Part shown: in pieces, positions 8,554 through 19,150 of the stretch
Layout of the letters: each line of letters opens with the position of its first letter
How positions within the stretch are numbered: position 1 is the first letter of the stretch
Notes under the pieces: model-generated
The model's input: the letters and a program-made list of their open reading frames with translations, nothing else
Databases searched by the model: none
What the model was told of the DNA's origin: nothing
Program-made: the position numbers and the translations under genes
Assembly: GCA_963701295.1 (NCBI GenBank)
Contig: OY969585.1
Location: forward strand, 1,792,001-1,856,000
Direction of reading: 5' to 3'
Source of the DNA: Ignavibacteriota bacterium
GTDB taxonomy: Bacteria > Bacteroidota > Ignavibacteria > UBA10030
DNA length: 64,000 nt

Positions 8554-10956
8554 ATGAAATACCAAAACATAAGAGAAGAAGAACTAAAAAATAAAGTAGC
8601 TCAGGATTATTTTTGGCTTTACGACTGCTCCAAAATTATTGGCAATGTTGATTTTTGCGTTTGTATGATTGAAAGCAATAAGAAATTATTTGAACAAGAA
8701 TCATTATTGTGGGCAGAAGCAAAAAAAGGTTCTTCGGATATTTATAATTCTATTGTTCAACTGATATTAACCATCGGCAAGGCGCGGACTTTTGATAAAT
8801 ATCTCCCGCCTTCGATGTTGGGTGCTTTCGATTGTGAGAAAATAGCCTTCATTCCGTACAATGAAATATATGATGTGTTTTATTTAAACGACTTTAATTG
8901 GAATGTTACACCCTCAAACTATGAATCAAGAGAGTTCAAATTAATTCACAATAAAGTCAAGACCATCATCGATACAAAAACCCTGCTTTATTATTTTGAA
9001 GATGATGACAGAGACTTAAAGAGGTTTATTAAAAGCAATTTTATTGTTGGCAAGTTTGGTTTAACAAAAATCAAAATTGACAAGAACAATTTTATGGTGA
9101 TTTACAACAAGTGGTTACAAGCCGTAAAGCCGACCATTGCAGTAAATTGGGACATTGCAAAAAAGAGTGGAATTATTGATGGAGATTTTTACTTAGCCGA
9201 TTTACTTTCACAGGAAAACAATACTCTAAAAGAAAAATTATTTGTTTTACTAAGACATGATCATTATGAACTTGATAGAAAATTTGATGAGTCAGGAATG
9301 TTTAGCAGTAAGCGCACCGACTTTTCTGACAAGCAGGTGGCGCACACACAATTTTGGAATAAATACGAGAGACCGCCAAAAGAAGAATATTGGGACTACA
9401 TTGTAGAGCGTAGAGATTTACTCGTTCCTCAAGATGTTAGAGAAAGAAAAGGAAGCTTTTTTACTCCTCAAAATTGGGTAGAACTTTCTCAAAAATATCT
9501 GACAGATGCTTTAGGCGAAGATTGGCAAGATGAATATTATGTTTGGGATTGTGCAGCGGGAACAGGGAATCTAATTCATGGTCTTACAAACAAATATAAT
9601 TTATGGGCTTCTACATTAGATAAGCAAGATGTTGAAGTAATGCATGACAGAATAAAGAACGGTGCGAACCTATTAGACGATCATGTGTTTCAATTTGATT
9701 TTCTAAATGATGATTTTGCAAAACTCCCGAAATCACTGCAAAATATAATAAAGAACCCTGCGAAACGAAAAAAAATTGTTGTTTATATTAACCCGCCATA
9801 TGCTGAGGTGTCTAGTATAGGGAAAAAAGGAAAAGCAGGTGTGAATCAATCGAAGGCACATGATAAATATTCTGATAAAGTCGGAACAGCAGGCAGAGAA
9901 GTTGCCATAATATTTCTTGCTAGAATTTATGACGAATTAAATGGTTGTTTAATTGCTGAGTTTTCAAAGTTGAAAGCATTACAAGGTTCGGCGTTTAATG
10001 ATTTTCGCAATTATTTCAAAGCCGAACTACTCAAATCGTTTGTTGTTCCTGCTTGGACATTTGATAATGTCAAAGGAAAATTTCCAATAGGATTCAAAGT
10101 ATGGAATACGGATAACAAAATACCGTTTAAAAGAACACGCTCAGATGTTTACAATGACAATGGTGAATTAATTGGCAAAAAAACATTTTCAGTAATTGAA
10201 AAAAGTAACTTTATAAATAAATGGATAAGCCAGTACAAGGTCAAGAATAATTTTATAGGTTTTTTAGCTGGAACAAATGGAAACGACTTCCAACAAAATG
10301 GAATCGTTTACATCCTAAATAAAAAAGAGCAGATGGCTAATCCGCGTGGTATATGGATTAATGCAAATAATCTTATTCCTGTTTCAATTTACTATGCAGT
10401 TAGAAGATGCATGGAACAAACATGGCTTAATGATAGAGACCAATTCTTATTTCCACAAAAAGGATGGGAAAACGATAAAGAGTTTCAGAATGATTGTCTT
10501 ATGTTCACTCTATTTAACACTCATATTCGATCACAATATGGAGTAAATAATTGGATTCCTTTTACCGAGCAAGAAGTCAATGCCAGGGAGAATTTCGATA
10601 GTAATTTTATGAGCCAATATATAAATGGCAAATTAAAAAATGAACAACATGGCGACTTGTTTGGTTCACAAAAACAGAGTCTAACACCCCTATCGTTTTC
10701 TTCAGAAGCGAATGAAGTGTTTAATGCCGCCCGCAAATTATGGAAATACTATCATCATCAACCGTATTGTAATGTAAATGCTTCCTTGTATGACATTAGA
10801 GAACATTTTCAAGGTCGAAACGATGATGGGAAAATGAATAATAAAAGTATTGATGAAACTTATATGAAACTCATCACTGGCTTGCGAGATAAATTGAAAC
10901 AACTTGCCATGAAGATAGAACCCAAAGTGTATGAGCATGGATTCTTAAAAGTATGA
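8554..10956 (+). CDS. Cassette 5: fused endonuclease-DNA amino-methyltransferase (Type IIG-like R-M)
   Basis: 'GSFFTP', motif I 'WDCAAGTGNL', motif IV 'NPPY'; N-terminal 'D...WAEAKK' resembling PD-(D/E)xK. Confidence 0.78.
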   Translation: MKYQNIREEELKNKVAQDYFWLYDCSKIIGNVDFCVCMIESNKKLFEQESLLWAEAKKGSSDIYNSIVQLILTIGKARTFDKYLPPSMLGAFDCEKIAFIPYNEIYDVFYLNDFNWNVTPSNYESREFKLIHNKVKTIIDTKTLLYYFEDDDRDLKRFIKSNFIVGKFGLTKIKIDKNNFMVIYNKWLQAVKPTIAVNWDIAKKSGIIDGDFYLADLLSQENNTLKEKLFVLLRHDHYELDRKFDESGMFSSKRTDFSDKQVAHTQFWNKYERPPKEEYWDYIVERRDLLVPQDVRERKGSFFTPQNWVELSQKYLTDALGEDWQDEYYVWDCAAGTGNLIHGLTNKYNLWASTLDKQDVEVMHDRIKNGANLLDDHVFQFDFLNDDFAKLPKSLQNIIKNPAKRKKIVVYINPPYAEVSSIGKKGKAGVNQSKAHDKYSDKVGTAGREVAIIFLARIYDELNGCLIAEFSKLKALQGSAFNDFRNYFKAELLKSFVVPAWTFDNVKGKFPIGFKVWNTDNKIPFKRTRSDVYNDNGELIGKKTFSVIEKSNFINKWISQYKVKNNFIGFLAGTNGNDFQQNGIVYILNKKEQMANPRGIWINANNLIPVSIYYAVRRCMEQTWLNDRDQFLFPQKGWENDKEFQNDCLMFTLFNTHIRSQYGVNNWIPFTEQEVNARENFDSNFMSQYINGKLKNEQHGDLFGSQKQSLTPLSFSSEANEVFNAARKLWKYYHHQPYCNVNASLYDIREHFQGRNDDGKMNNKSIDETYMKLITGLRDKLKQLAMKIEPKVYEHGFLKV

Positions 10957-11036
10957 TTCATATCAGTTGAAAATAATTTCACACGAGTTATAGCGAATAT
11001 AAATATCAAATCAGACAAGAAAAAATACTTTGTGCG

Positions 11037-11185
11037 TTCTAACCAGGCGCTCAAGCTGACGGAATGAGCGCGGGTACAAAAGTCCGCGCGAAGAAGGTAA
11101 GGTTTAAAATTAGAAATGGGTTCGGCGCGAGGAAGGTACAATTGGAAGGTCTTAAGTACCGCAGCTTAGCGCCCATCCGTTAGGC
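11037..11185 (+). repeat. attC site 5 (149 bp)
   Basis: TTCTAAC...GTTAGGC with conserved arms. Confidence 0.9.
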
Positions 11186-11273
11186 AACACGAAATAGCAT
11201 TTACAAATATTGCATTAGCTTAACTTATATTGATGATACAGATTATTTAATGTAACCTTAAAAATACACTTCG

Positions 11274-11879
11274 ATGAAATATCTTCTGATAATTGGGATG
11301 ACTCTTGGCATTGCAGCAGTTTGGATGTTTTACAATAAACCTGAACTCGAAAAGTTTAATTATTCGATAACATTTCCCTGGAAAGTTGAAAATAAAAATA
11401 TATTAGATTGCAGTATTGAGATAAATTCTGAGAATTCAGAACTGTATGTGAACGATAATATTTATTTTAGAGTTAAAATATTCAATTATAATTCTGACCT
11501 ATTTATAAGACAACTTAAGGATAGAAATATATTATTTACAATGAGTGGATTGGAACCGACAGAACATATTGATTTAATTTATAATCAAGATGAAAATATT
11601 TTTAAAGGCAGCGGTTTCCTTAAATTTAAATTTGCAGGTAATTATTCATTTCAAACTGGTTATGATTCTAATGATAAAATTACTCCATCATTAGGATTAT
11701 TTTCATCTAATCTAACTATTCCAATATTACCAACTCTTCAGAAATATCAAGTTGAATTAAACGATAGATTATTTTTTCAGAGTAAATTAATTCTGGTTTT
11801 GACAATTGTTACACTTACTTTAACTTTGATGCAATTATTTAATATGAGAAACAAAGCTAATAAACGCGATAAAGCATAA
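11274..11879 (+). CDS. Cassette 6: hypothetical protein with N- and C-terminal hydrophobic segments
   Basis: 201-aa AT-rich ORF between attC5 and attC6. Confidence 0.65.
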   Translation: MKYLLIIGMTLGIAAVWMFYNKPELEKFNYSITFPWKVENKNILDCSIEINSENSELYVNDNIYFRVKIFNYNSDLFIRQLKDRNILFTMSGLEPTEHIDLIYNQDENIFKGSGFLKFKFAGNYSFQTGYDSNDKITPSLGLFSSNLTIPILPTLQKYQVELNDRLFFQSKLILVLTIVTLTLTLMQLFNMRNKANKRDKA

Positions 11880-12012
11880 GGGTTTCGGATGTATCCAGTC
11901 TCTATTTACTGTATTATGGATTTTAAATAATGGATATAAACGCAACTCGACTCCCATTTACTTTTCATGATGCAGACAGCATATTTGTAATTGTAATATT
12001 CTACACTGTGTT

Positions 12013-12171
12013 GCCTAACCAGCAACTCAAGCTGACGGAATGAGCGTTGGTACGTTAAGCATGGCGAATAGAGGTTCAGATGTTTAATAATAAACTTTTC
12101 AGCATGAACTTGTTTCGTTTTCAGCAACTTGCGGGTTATCGTTGCCGCAGCTTAGTTGCAATCCGTTAGGT
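12013..12171 (+). repeat. attC site 6 (159 bp)
   Basis: GCCTAAC...GTTAGGT. Confidence 0.92.
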
Positions 12172-12210
12172 GCAATTGATTTTACAATTTTTTAAAAAGG
12201 AGGAGACCTT

Positions 12211-14286
12211 ATGAAGAAAATATTATTTGTGATTAATAGTTTAATACTTTTGTCAACGACAACTTTCTCTCAATGGGTTCAAACCAATGTGCCTGGAGGT
12301 GGATTTATTACATCTTTCGCATACATTGATGCAAATATTTTTGCCGGAACAATTGAATCAGGTATTTTCCTTTCTACAAATGGAGGGACAGATTGGGTGC
12401 CTGTAAATTCGGGATTGAATAATCTTTATATTCGTGGGCTTGCAGCTAATGGAAAAAATCTTTTTGCCAGTACTTGGCAGGGTATGTTTCTTTCTACGGA
12501 TAATGGCAAAAACTGGACATCCATTAATACAGGGTTAACGCCAGGGGTGTTTTGGACTCCTTTCGCGAGTGATACAAATATTTTTCTTACGACTCTTGAC
12601 GAAGGAGTTTTCTTGTCAACTAATAATGGCGCAAGTTGGACTACGGTCAATACGGGATTAACCAATTTACGTATTAATGCTTTTACTAAGAAGGATTCAA
12701 ATCTTTTTGCAGGCACAGACGGGGGTCTATTTCGTACTACAAATAATGGCACGAGTTGGGTTCAACTCGATATGGGATTAACAAATACCGGTATTAATGC
12801 TCTTATGGCAATTGGTTCGAATCTTTATGCCGGAACCAGCAATGGAGATATTGTTTTTTCTACTAATAATGGTGCGACCTGGAATAAAAGCATCATTGAG
12901 CCATATACACATGTTCATACTTTTGCAGTTCGTCTCAGTGGAACAGGAGACACCATACTATTTGCAGGTACAAATGGGAACGGGGTTTTAAAATCCACAA
13001 ATAACGGCGCAAGCTGGACGAGAATAAATACAGGATTATCAGCTACAGATGTATCCGCTTTATTAGAGTTTGGAACAAGCCTCTTGGCAGGAACGGAAGT
13101 TGGTGTTTTTCGCACTGACAACGATGGCGCAAATTGGAATGAAAGCGACTCTGGCTTATCGGCAACGGAAGTCCATACGTTTTATACAAAGGGTTCAAAT
13201 ATTTACGCCGCTACTTGGTCGAGCGGAGTATTTGTTTCCACCAATGATGGTTCGAATTGGACACGCCTAAACGCTGGAAGAAATCTATACAATATTTCAT
13301 CACTTGTCGTAAGCGATTCGAATATCTTCGTTGGAACTTTAGGCGATGGTATATTTATTTCCTCCGATAACGGTGCTACATGGTCAAATCCAGGATTGAC
13401 ATTTATTTATACTCTTGCTATTTCCGGTTCATACATTTTTGCTGGGACAACTAGCGGTGTCTTTCTTTCCACCGACAATGGTGGTAGTTGGAATGCGTCC
13501 AATAATGGATTAACAAATATGCAAGTATGGAAATTAACAGCATACAATAATAATATTTATGCCGGGACCGACAGTGGCGGTGTTTTTGTTTCGAGCAATA
13601 ATGGTTTAAGTTGGACGTCTCTTGGGGTAGTATCGCCGAATTATTACGTGAACTCGATAGTAGTTCGTGATACAAATATATTTGCAGGAATTTATAGAGG
13701 TGGTGTTTCCCTTTCTACGAACAATGGCACAAGTTGGAATACCGTTAATACCGGCTTGACTGATTTGAATATTTTTGACCTTGCTGTCAGCGGTAAAAAT
13801 ATATTTGCCGGAACTCAGTTGGGAGGGATTTTCCTTTCAACTGATAATGGAACTAGTTGGGCTTCTGTAAATTCCGGATTGGCAAATTCTCCAGTATATG
13901 CTCTTATGGTGATTGATGGAGACCTCTTTGCTGGAACTAGTGGATCTACTGGATCCGTTTGGAAACGGTCTCTCTCTGAGATGATTACCACTGAAGTGAA
14001 AGATAATCTTAATAAGGTTCCTACTCGTTTTGCTCTTGAACAAAATTATCCGAACCCATTCAATCCGAGTACGACTATCTCATTTAGTCTCCCATCAAAA
14101 TCTTTTGTGATGCTGAAAGTATTTGATATTATGGGTAGAGAAGTCACAACTCTTATCAATAAAGAGTTATCTGCTGGAAATTATAATCAGGAATGGAATG
14201 CGATAAATATGTCAAGTGGAATTTATTTTTATCGATTGCAAGCCGGAGCGTTTGCTGAAACAAAAAAACTTGTTCTACTGAAATAA
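12211..14286 (+). CDS. Cassette 7: T9SS-secreted Asp-box/BNR-repeat beta-propeller protein
   Basis: Signal peptide; many ~42-aa repeats 'GL.N..V..L...G.NLFAGT..GVFLSTNNG.SW'; C-terminal 'QNYPNPFNPST...KKLVLLK'. Confidence 0.88.
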   Translation: MKKILFVINSLILLSTTTFSQWVQTNVPGGGFITSFAYIDANIFAGTIESGIFLSTNGGTDWVPVNSGLNNLYIRGLAANGKNLFASTWQGMFLSTDNGKNWTSINTGLTPGVFWTPFASDTNIFLTTLDEGVFLSTNNGASWTTVNTGLTNLRINAFTKKDSNLFAGTDGGLFRTTNNGTSWVQLDMGLTNTGINALMAIGSNLYAGTSNGDIVFSTNNGATWNKSIIEPYTHVHTFAVRLSGTGDTILFAGTNGNGVLKSTNNGASWTRINTGLSATDVSALLEFGTSLLAGTEVGVFRTDNDGANWNESDSGLSATEVHTFYTKGSNIYAATWSSGVFVSTNDGSNWTRLNAGRNLYNISSLVVSDSNIFVGTLGDGIFISSDNGATWSNPGLTFIYTLAISGSYIFAGTTSGVFLSTDNGGSWNASNNGLTNMQVWKLTAYNNNIYAGTDSGGVFVSSNNGLSWTSLGVVSPNYYVNSIVVRDTNIFAGIYRGGVSLSTNNGTSWNTVNTGLTDLNIFDLAVSGKNIFAGTQLGGIFLSTDNGTSWASVNSGLANSPVYALMVIDGDLFAGTSGSTGSVWKRSLSEMITTEVKDNLNKVPTRFALEQNYPNPFNPSTTISFSLPSKSFVMLKVFDIMGREVTTLINKELSAGNYNQEWNAINMSSGIYFYRLQAGAFAETKKLVLLK

Positions 14287-14295
14287 TGCAATTGC

Positions 14296-14426
14296 ACCTA
14301 ACCAGGCGCTCAAGCTGACGGAATAAGCTGAGTGCTATTTACATTGCGTTTATAAATAATGAACTCTCTTTGTTGGCAGTAAGTTGAGGTTTCCGTCCGC
14401 CGCAGCTTAGTTGCCATCCGTTAGGC
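14296..14426 (+). repeat. attC site 7 (131 bp)
   Basis: ACCTAAC...GTTAGGC; left arm GGCGC does not pair with right arm GTTGC. Confidence 0.88.
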
Positions 14427-14438
14427 GGTCAACACTCC

Positions 14439-15038
14439 ATGCAAAATTCTGAATTCGATATTGCTTTTGAGATCATCCGGAACTCCTCTCACAACAATGT
14501 GTATTTGGTTGGGATCGATGGTTTAGGAGGATCTGGGAAGAGTACGTTGGCAGAAAGAATTCGCCAACACCTAGAGACCGCACAATTAACCGTAACTATA
14601 GTTCACAATGATGATTTCTATTTGCCCTCTGCGATTCGGAGTAAACTTTCGCCACAACTCAAGCCCATTGGCGCTGACTTTGATTGGATACGTCTCCGCG
14701 ATCAAGTTCTTGTGCCATTACGCTCAAATCAGATCGCAGACTATGTCAGGTATGATTGGCCATCGGATCGATTAGCTGAGTGTCATAAAATCCAACCATA
14801 TGGAATTGTACTTATCGAAGGCGTTTATTCCACACGTGCAGAACTTCGTGATCTGTACGATTATCGCGTTTGGGTAGACTGTCCAAGTGAGTTACGTCTC
14901 AGTAGAGGGGTCGCTCGTGATAGAACTGTTGCTCTTTCTCTTTGGGTGGACGAATGGATGCCGGTGGAAGAACGATATTACAACGAGCATCGTCCTGATA
15001 CCTTTGCTCATGTTATGGTAAACAGTGCTGCCGCCTAA
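14439..15038 (+). CDS. Cassette 8: uridine kinase-like P-loop kinase
   Basis: 'GIDGLGGSGKST', 'HNDDFY', 'YDW', 'LIEGVY'; stop codon lies inside the attC R'' box. Confidence 0.85.
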   Translation: MQNSEFDIAFEIIRNSSHNNVYLVGIDGLGGSGKSTLAERIRQHLETAQLTVTIVHNDDFYLPSAIRSKLSPQLKPIGADFDWIRLRDQVLVPLRSNQIADYVRYDWPSDRLAECHKIQPYGIVLIEGVYSTRAELRDLYDYRVWVDCPSELRLSRGVARDRTVALSLWVDEWMPVEERYYNEHRPDTFAHVMVNSAAA

Positions 15039-15186
15039 CAAGGCGCTCAAGCTGACGGAATGAGCTCACTGCAATTTGCATGGCGAGCAGAGGTCGGTAC
15101 AAAATGGAAAGAACCAGCATGAACTTGTTTCGTTTTGTGTATATTGAAAATTATCAGTGTGGCAGCTTAGTGCCCATCCGTTAGGC
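15033..15186 (+). repeat. attC site 8 (154 bp)
   Basis: GCCTAAC...GTTAGGC. Confidence 0.9.
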
Positions 15187-15227
15187 GCAATTGATTTTTA
15201 CAATTAGTAAAATACAGAGGAGGTGTT

Positions 15228-17331
15228 ATGAAAAACATTTTATTTATTGTTGCTATTTTATTGCTTTTATCAGCGGAATCTTTTTCTCAATGGGTTCAAA
15301 CCACCGCGCCGGGAGGCGGATATATCACATCGTTCGCTTACAACGGCACAAATATTTTTGTCGGAACATATGAAGCCGGTATTTTCCTTTCTACGAATAA
15401 TGGTACAGATTGGACGCCTGTAACTTCGGGAGTGCTTTATCCCGGTATTCGCGCACTTGCAACTATTGGAACAAATCTTTTTGCTGGTACCTGGGGCGGT
15501 ATGTATCTTACTGTGGATAGCGGCAAAAACTGGACATCCATTAATGCAGGATTAACGACAGGTGCGATCTGGGCACTTATAGCGAGTGGTACAAACCTTT
15601 TTGCTGGGACTGATGATAAAGGAGTCTTTCTGTCTACTAATAACGGCACAAGTTGGACTGAGGTCAGCACGGGATTGACAAATTTACGTGTTAGGTCTTT
15701 TGCTCTCAAGGATACAAATCTTTTTGCAGGCACAGACGCGGGCGTCTTTCGTTTTACCAATAATGGCACGAGCTGGACTGAAGTCAACACAGGATTGACG
15801 CATACGTATATTACAGCTCTTATTGCAAGCGGAACGAATCTTTTTGCCGGTACCAGTTCCGGAGATTTTTGTATTTCTACGGATAATGGAGATACGTGGA
15901 ACACCACCAACTTCATGGATCCATATTATTATGCTATAACTTCCTTTGCAGTTCATACAAATGGTACTGGCGATACACTACTCTTTGCCGGTGATGCGGG
16001 AGGCCATGGGGTTTTTCTCTCCACAAACAATGGTGCAAGCTGGGCCAAAGTCAGGTACTGGGTTAACTGCCATTTCTGTATTTGCGTTAATGGAATATGG
16101 AACAAGCCTCTTTGCGGGAACGGAAATCGGAGTTTTTCTCACGAACGATAATGGCGCAAATTGGAATGAACGAGACTCTGGCCTGTCAGCAACGGAAGTC
16201 CATGCATTTGGTACAAAAGGCTCAACTCTTTATACTGCTACATGGAATAACGGAATTTTCGTTTCCATAAACGATGGATTGAATTGGACGCATGTCAATA
16301 CCGGAATGAACATATACAGTATTTCATCACTTGCATTAAGTGGTTCAAATATCTTTGTTGGATCTTGGGGTGAAGGTTTCTTTATTTCTACCGATGATGG
16401 TAGCACATGGTCAAATAGCAATAGAGGACTGACTGATAGAAATATTCAAACTCTTGCACTCTCTGGATCAAATCTATTCGTAGGGACCCAAAGTGACGGT
16501 ATTTTCATGTCCTCAGACAATGGTCTAAGCTGGAATGCTGTCAATAACGGATTATCAAATTTGGATGTGTTTAGCTTAACAGTATTCAATACCAATATAT
16601 ATGCCGGGGCGAACAATGGCGAGGTTTTTGTTTCGAACAATAATGGTTCAAGTTGGACATCCCTTGGTGTTTTAGCACCGAATTATCAAGTGCGGTCTAT
16701 TCTCATTTCCGATACAAATATTTTTGCCGGAACTCTAGGCAAAGGTGTTTTTCTTTCTACAAACAACGGCACAAGCTGGAATGCTGTTAGTACCGGTTTG
16801 GTCGATTCGAATGTTTTTGTTCTTGCTGTCAGCGGTAAAAATTTATTTGCAGGAACCTGGCTCGGGGGTGTTTTTCTTTCTACGAACAATGGAACTAGTT
16901 GGGCTTCTGTAAATACTGGATGGCCTAATACTCCGGTATATGCTCTTAAAATCCTTGATGGAAATCTCTTTGCTGGAACAAGTTGTGGAGCAAGTAGCGG
17001 AGCTATTTGGAAACGACCTATCTCTGAGATGATTACATCTGTCGGGCAAGCGTCTTCTCAGCTACCAAAGATTTATAACCTTCAACAGAACTATCCGAAT
17101 CCGTTCAATCCAAGCACATCAATTTCATTTAGTCTACCATCAAAATCTTTTGTCACGCTAAAAGTATTTGATATTATGGGTAGAGAAGTTGCAACAATTG
17201 TCTCTGAAGAAATGTCGGCAGGAAGTTACTCGAGACAATGGAATGCGGCAAATATGTCAAGCGGAGTATATTTCTATAGAATACAAACGGGCCTATTTAC
17301 CGAAACAAAAAAATTACTATTGCTTAGATAA
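15228..17331 (+). CDS. Cassette 9: paralogue of the cassette 7 T9SS beta-propeller; one frameshift near 16055 (likely sequencing error)
   Basis: ORFs 15228-16151 and 15946-17331 join into a protein colinear with 12211-14286. Confidence 0.85.
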
Positions 17332-17340
17332 TACAATTAC

Positions 17341-17356
17341 GCCTAACCAGGCGCTC
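17341..17356 (+). repeat. Truncated attC site 9 (left end only)
   Basis: GCCTAACCAGGCGCTC, then abrupt loss of consensus. Confidence 0.8.
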
Positions 17357-17383
17357 CATATATATAAGAAAAGTTTTTTATTT

Positions 17384-17992
17384 ATGACTTCCAACGACAG
17401 CAAAAAAGATATTGAAAGTTTCAACCGCTGGTCTCGCACTTATGACAACTCTTGGATTCAACGATATGCCATTCGCGTGCATGCAGAAATGCTCGATGTT
17501 GTTACCCACGAAATTGCTACGCCGAAGGCCGTCCTTGATATCGGATGTGGGACTGGGCAGCTGTTGCACAAAGCTCGTGCGCTTTACCCGTCGGCGCAAT
17601 TATTTGGTATTGACTCAGCGGAAGGCATGGTTGAACTCGCTCGTGGTCGGATACCATCTGCCACAATTTATTTGGGCGCGGCAGAGTCTTTGCCGCTGTC
17701 TGATTCCTCCGTCGATGTCGTGTTAAGTAGCATTTCATTTCATCATTGGAGTGACCAATTTGCAGCGCTCCGAGAGATAAGTCGTGTTCTTTGTCAAGGG
17801 GGCTGCTTCTGCTTGGCTGATATATCCATGCCAGTATGGCTCGCGAAATTCATTCAACATATCAAGGTAAAGAGTCCCGTAGCGACGAGTCAATTCTTCG
17901 AAGAAGCAGGATTGCAAGTTAAAATTCAGCATCGTACCTTCACACGCTTTGTTTGGTTAACTCTTGGTGTCAAGGGATCGAGAAATGTTTGA
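17384..17992 (+). CDS. Class I SAM-dependent methyltransferase (cassette 10)
   Basis: 'VLDIGCGTG', 'AESLPL.D.SVD', 'FHHW.D', 'RVL..GG'; ATG 17384 preferred over the 17168 extension. Confidence 0.88.
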   Translation: MTSNDSKKDIESFNRWSRTYDNSWIQRYAIRVHAEMLDVVTHEIATPKAVLDIGCGTGQLLHKARALYPSAQLFGIDSAEGMVELARGRIPSATIYLGAAESLPLSDSSVDVVLSSISFHHWSDQFAALREISRVLCQGGCFCLADISMPVWLAKFIQHIKVKSPVATSQFFEEAGLQVKIQHRTFTRFVWLTLGVKGSRNV

Positions 17993-18039
17993 TTATCATC
18001 GGACATATCTGACAAATACATATTGGACTTAATGCTGCT

Positions 18040-18226
18040 GCCTAACCATTTTAAAAAGGAAAGAGTCAAGTACATAATATACTCCCGATGCATCCCGCAA
18101 AATCGGAAAGGGAATGAACTTGATTCGTTTTCAACAATTTGAAAGTTACTAGCGCGGCGGTCCCGCTGTACGGGATCCTCAATTTGATCTTCGATCAAAT
18201 CGGGACTTAGTGCTGATCCGTTAGGC
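18040..18226 (+). repeat. Degenerate attC site 10 with a palindromic insertion
   Basis: GCCTAAC and CTTAGTGCTGATCCGTTAGGC retained; left arm lost; 18160-18206 inserted in the right arm. Confidence 0.7.
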
Positions 18227-18351
18227 CGCCTCAAGAAAATATCTTACCGTGTTAAAGGAATGATACCGCTCGAAACACGCTTGAGAATGCAAATGTTGAA
18301 TAAGAAATAGTTGTTCAACACGTTATTCTCGGTATTTTCCAATTCATCCAG

Positions 18352-19106
18352 ATGGAAAGGCATATAATTCAAATCTCTGTCCGCTGGTATGGCGAGCTCA
18401 ATGACAATCTTCCAGCGGAACAACGGGGTACGTCACCTCTCTTCATCGAATTGAATCTGGCGTAGCAATTGGTGAATTTGTGTCCCAATTTGGAATTCCA
18501 TTCGATCGCATTGATCTTGTACTTGTAAACGGCGTCTCGGTGGATTCTAGACATCAATTGAAGGATAACGATCGTATCGCCTTATTTCCGGTATTCGAAA
18601 GTTTCGATATTGCTTCTGTCACGAAAGCTCGAGAGCATCCTCTTCGTCAGCCGAAATTCATTCTTGATGTTCACCTCGGAAAACTTGCCAATCTTCTTCG
18701 AATGCTCGGATTCGACACACTATATCGAAACGATTACACAGACAATATTCTTTGTAGAATTTCTCTTAAGGAGAATCGAACTCTCCTGAGTAAGGATAAA
18801 TCCTTGATCGAAACCGAGAGTCTCACTCATGCATATTTGGTCAGGAATAAAAATTCACGTCTTCAGCTTATTGAAGTTCTCGATCGATTTCAACTTTTCG
18901 CTCTTGCTGCTCCTTTCACACGGTGCATTGAATGCAATTTAACGCTCCAAAAAGTCGATATGGTAAAAATTCTCTCCCGTATTCCCGAAAAAGTGAAGGA
19001 ATGGTGTACCGAATACCAATGGTGCAGTGCTTGCAATAGAATCTACTGGAAAGGCTCCCACTATCAGAAGATGCAGGAATTTATATCGTCTCTTCCTGAA
19101 AAATAG
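18352..19106 (+). CDS. Mut7-C RNase (PIN-like) protein with N-terminal ubiquitin-like domain; frameshift near 18428
   Basis: 'RWYGELND.LP' start; 'FILDVHLGKLA..LRMLGFDT', 'RC..CN', 'C..C..IYWKGSH'. Confidence 0.85.
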
Positions 19107-19150
19107 TTATACGACAGCAGGTATTTTAAAAGCGGAATTATAAAATCGGA

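Larger units (their letters stand above)
4973..18226 (+). mobile_element. Integron gene-cassette array (about 10 cassettes), no integrase in window
   Basis: Repeated attC sites (RYYYAAC...TCAAGCTGACGGAATGAGC...GCAGCTTAG...CCGTTAG) separating same-strand ORFs. Confidence 0.92.

Noticed and set aside
5602-15186. Recurring ~30-bp sequence as a CRISPR array
   Set aside because: Repeats are paired arms of 131-159-bp imperfect palindromes separated by whole genes, with RYYYAAC/GTTRRRY ends; no cas genes
12426-16889. Repetitive antisense ORFs (VPAKRF...) in the propeller genes
   Set aside because: Shadows of the repeated sense-strand codons
17168-17383. N-terminal extension of the methyltransferase ORF
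   Set aside because: Overlaps the cassette 9 gene and its attC remnant; ATG 17384 gives a normal-length enzyme
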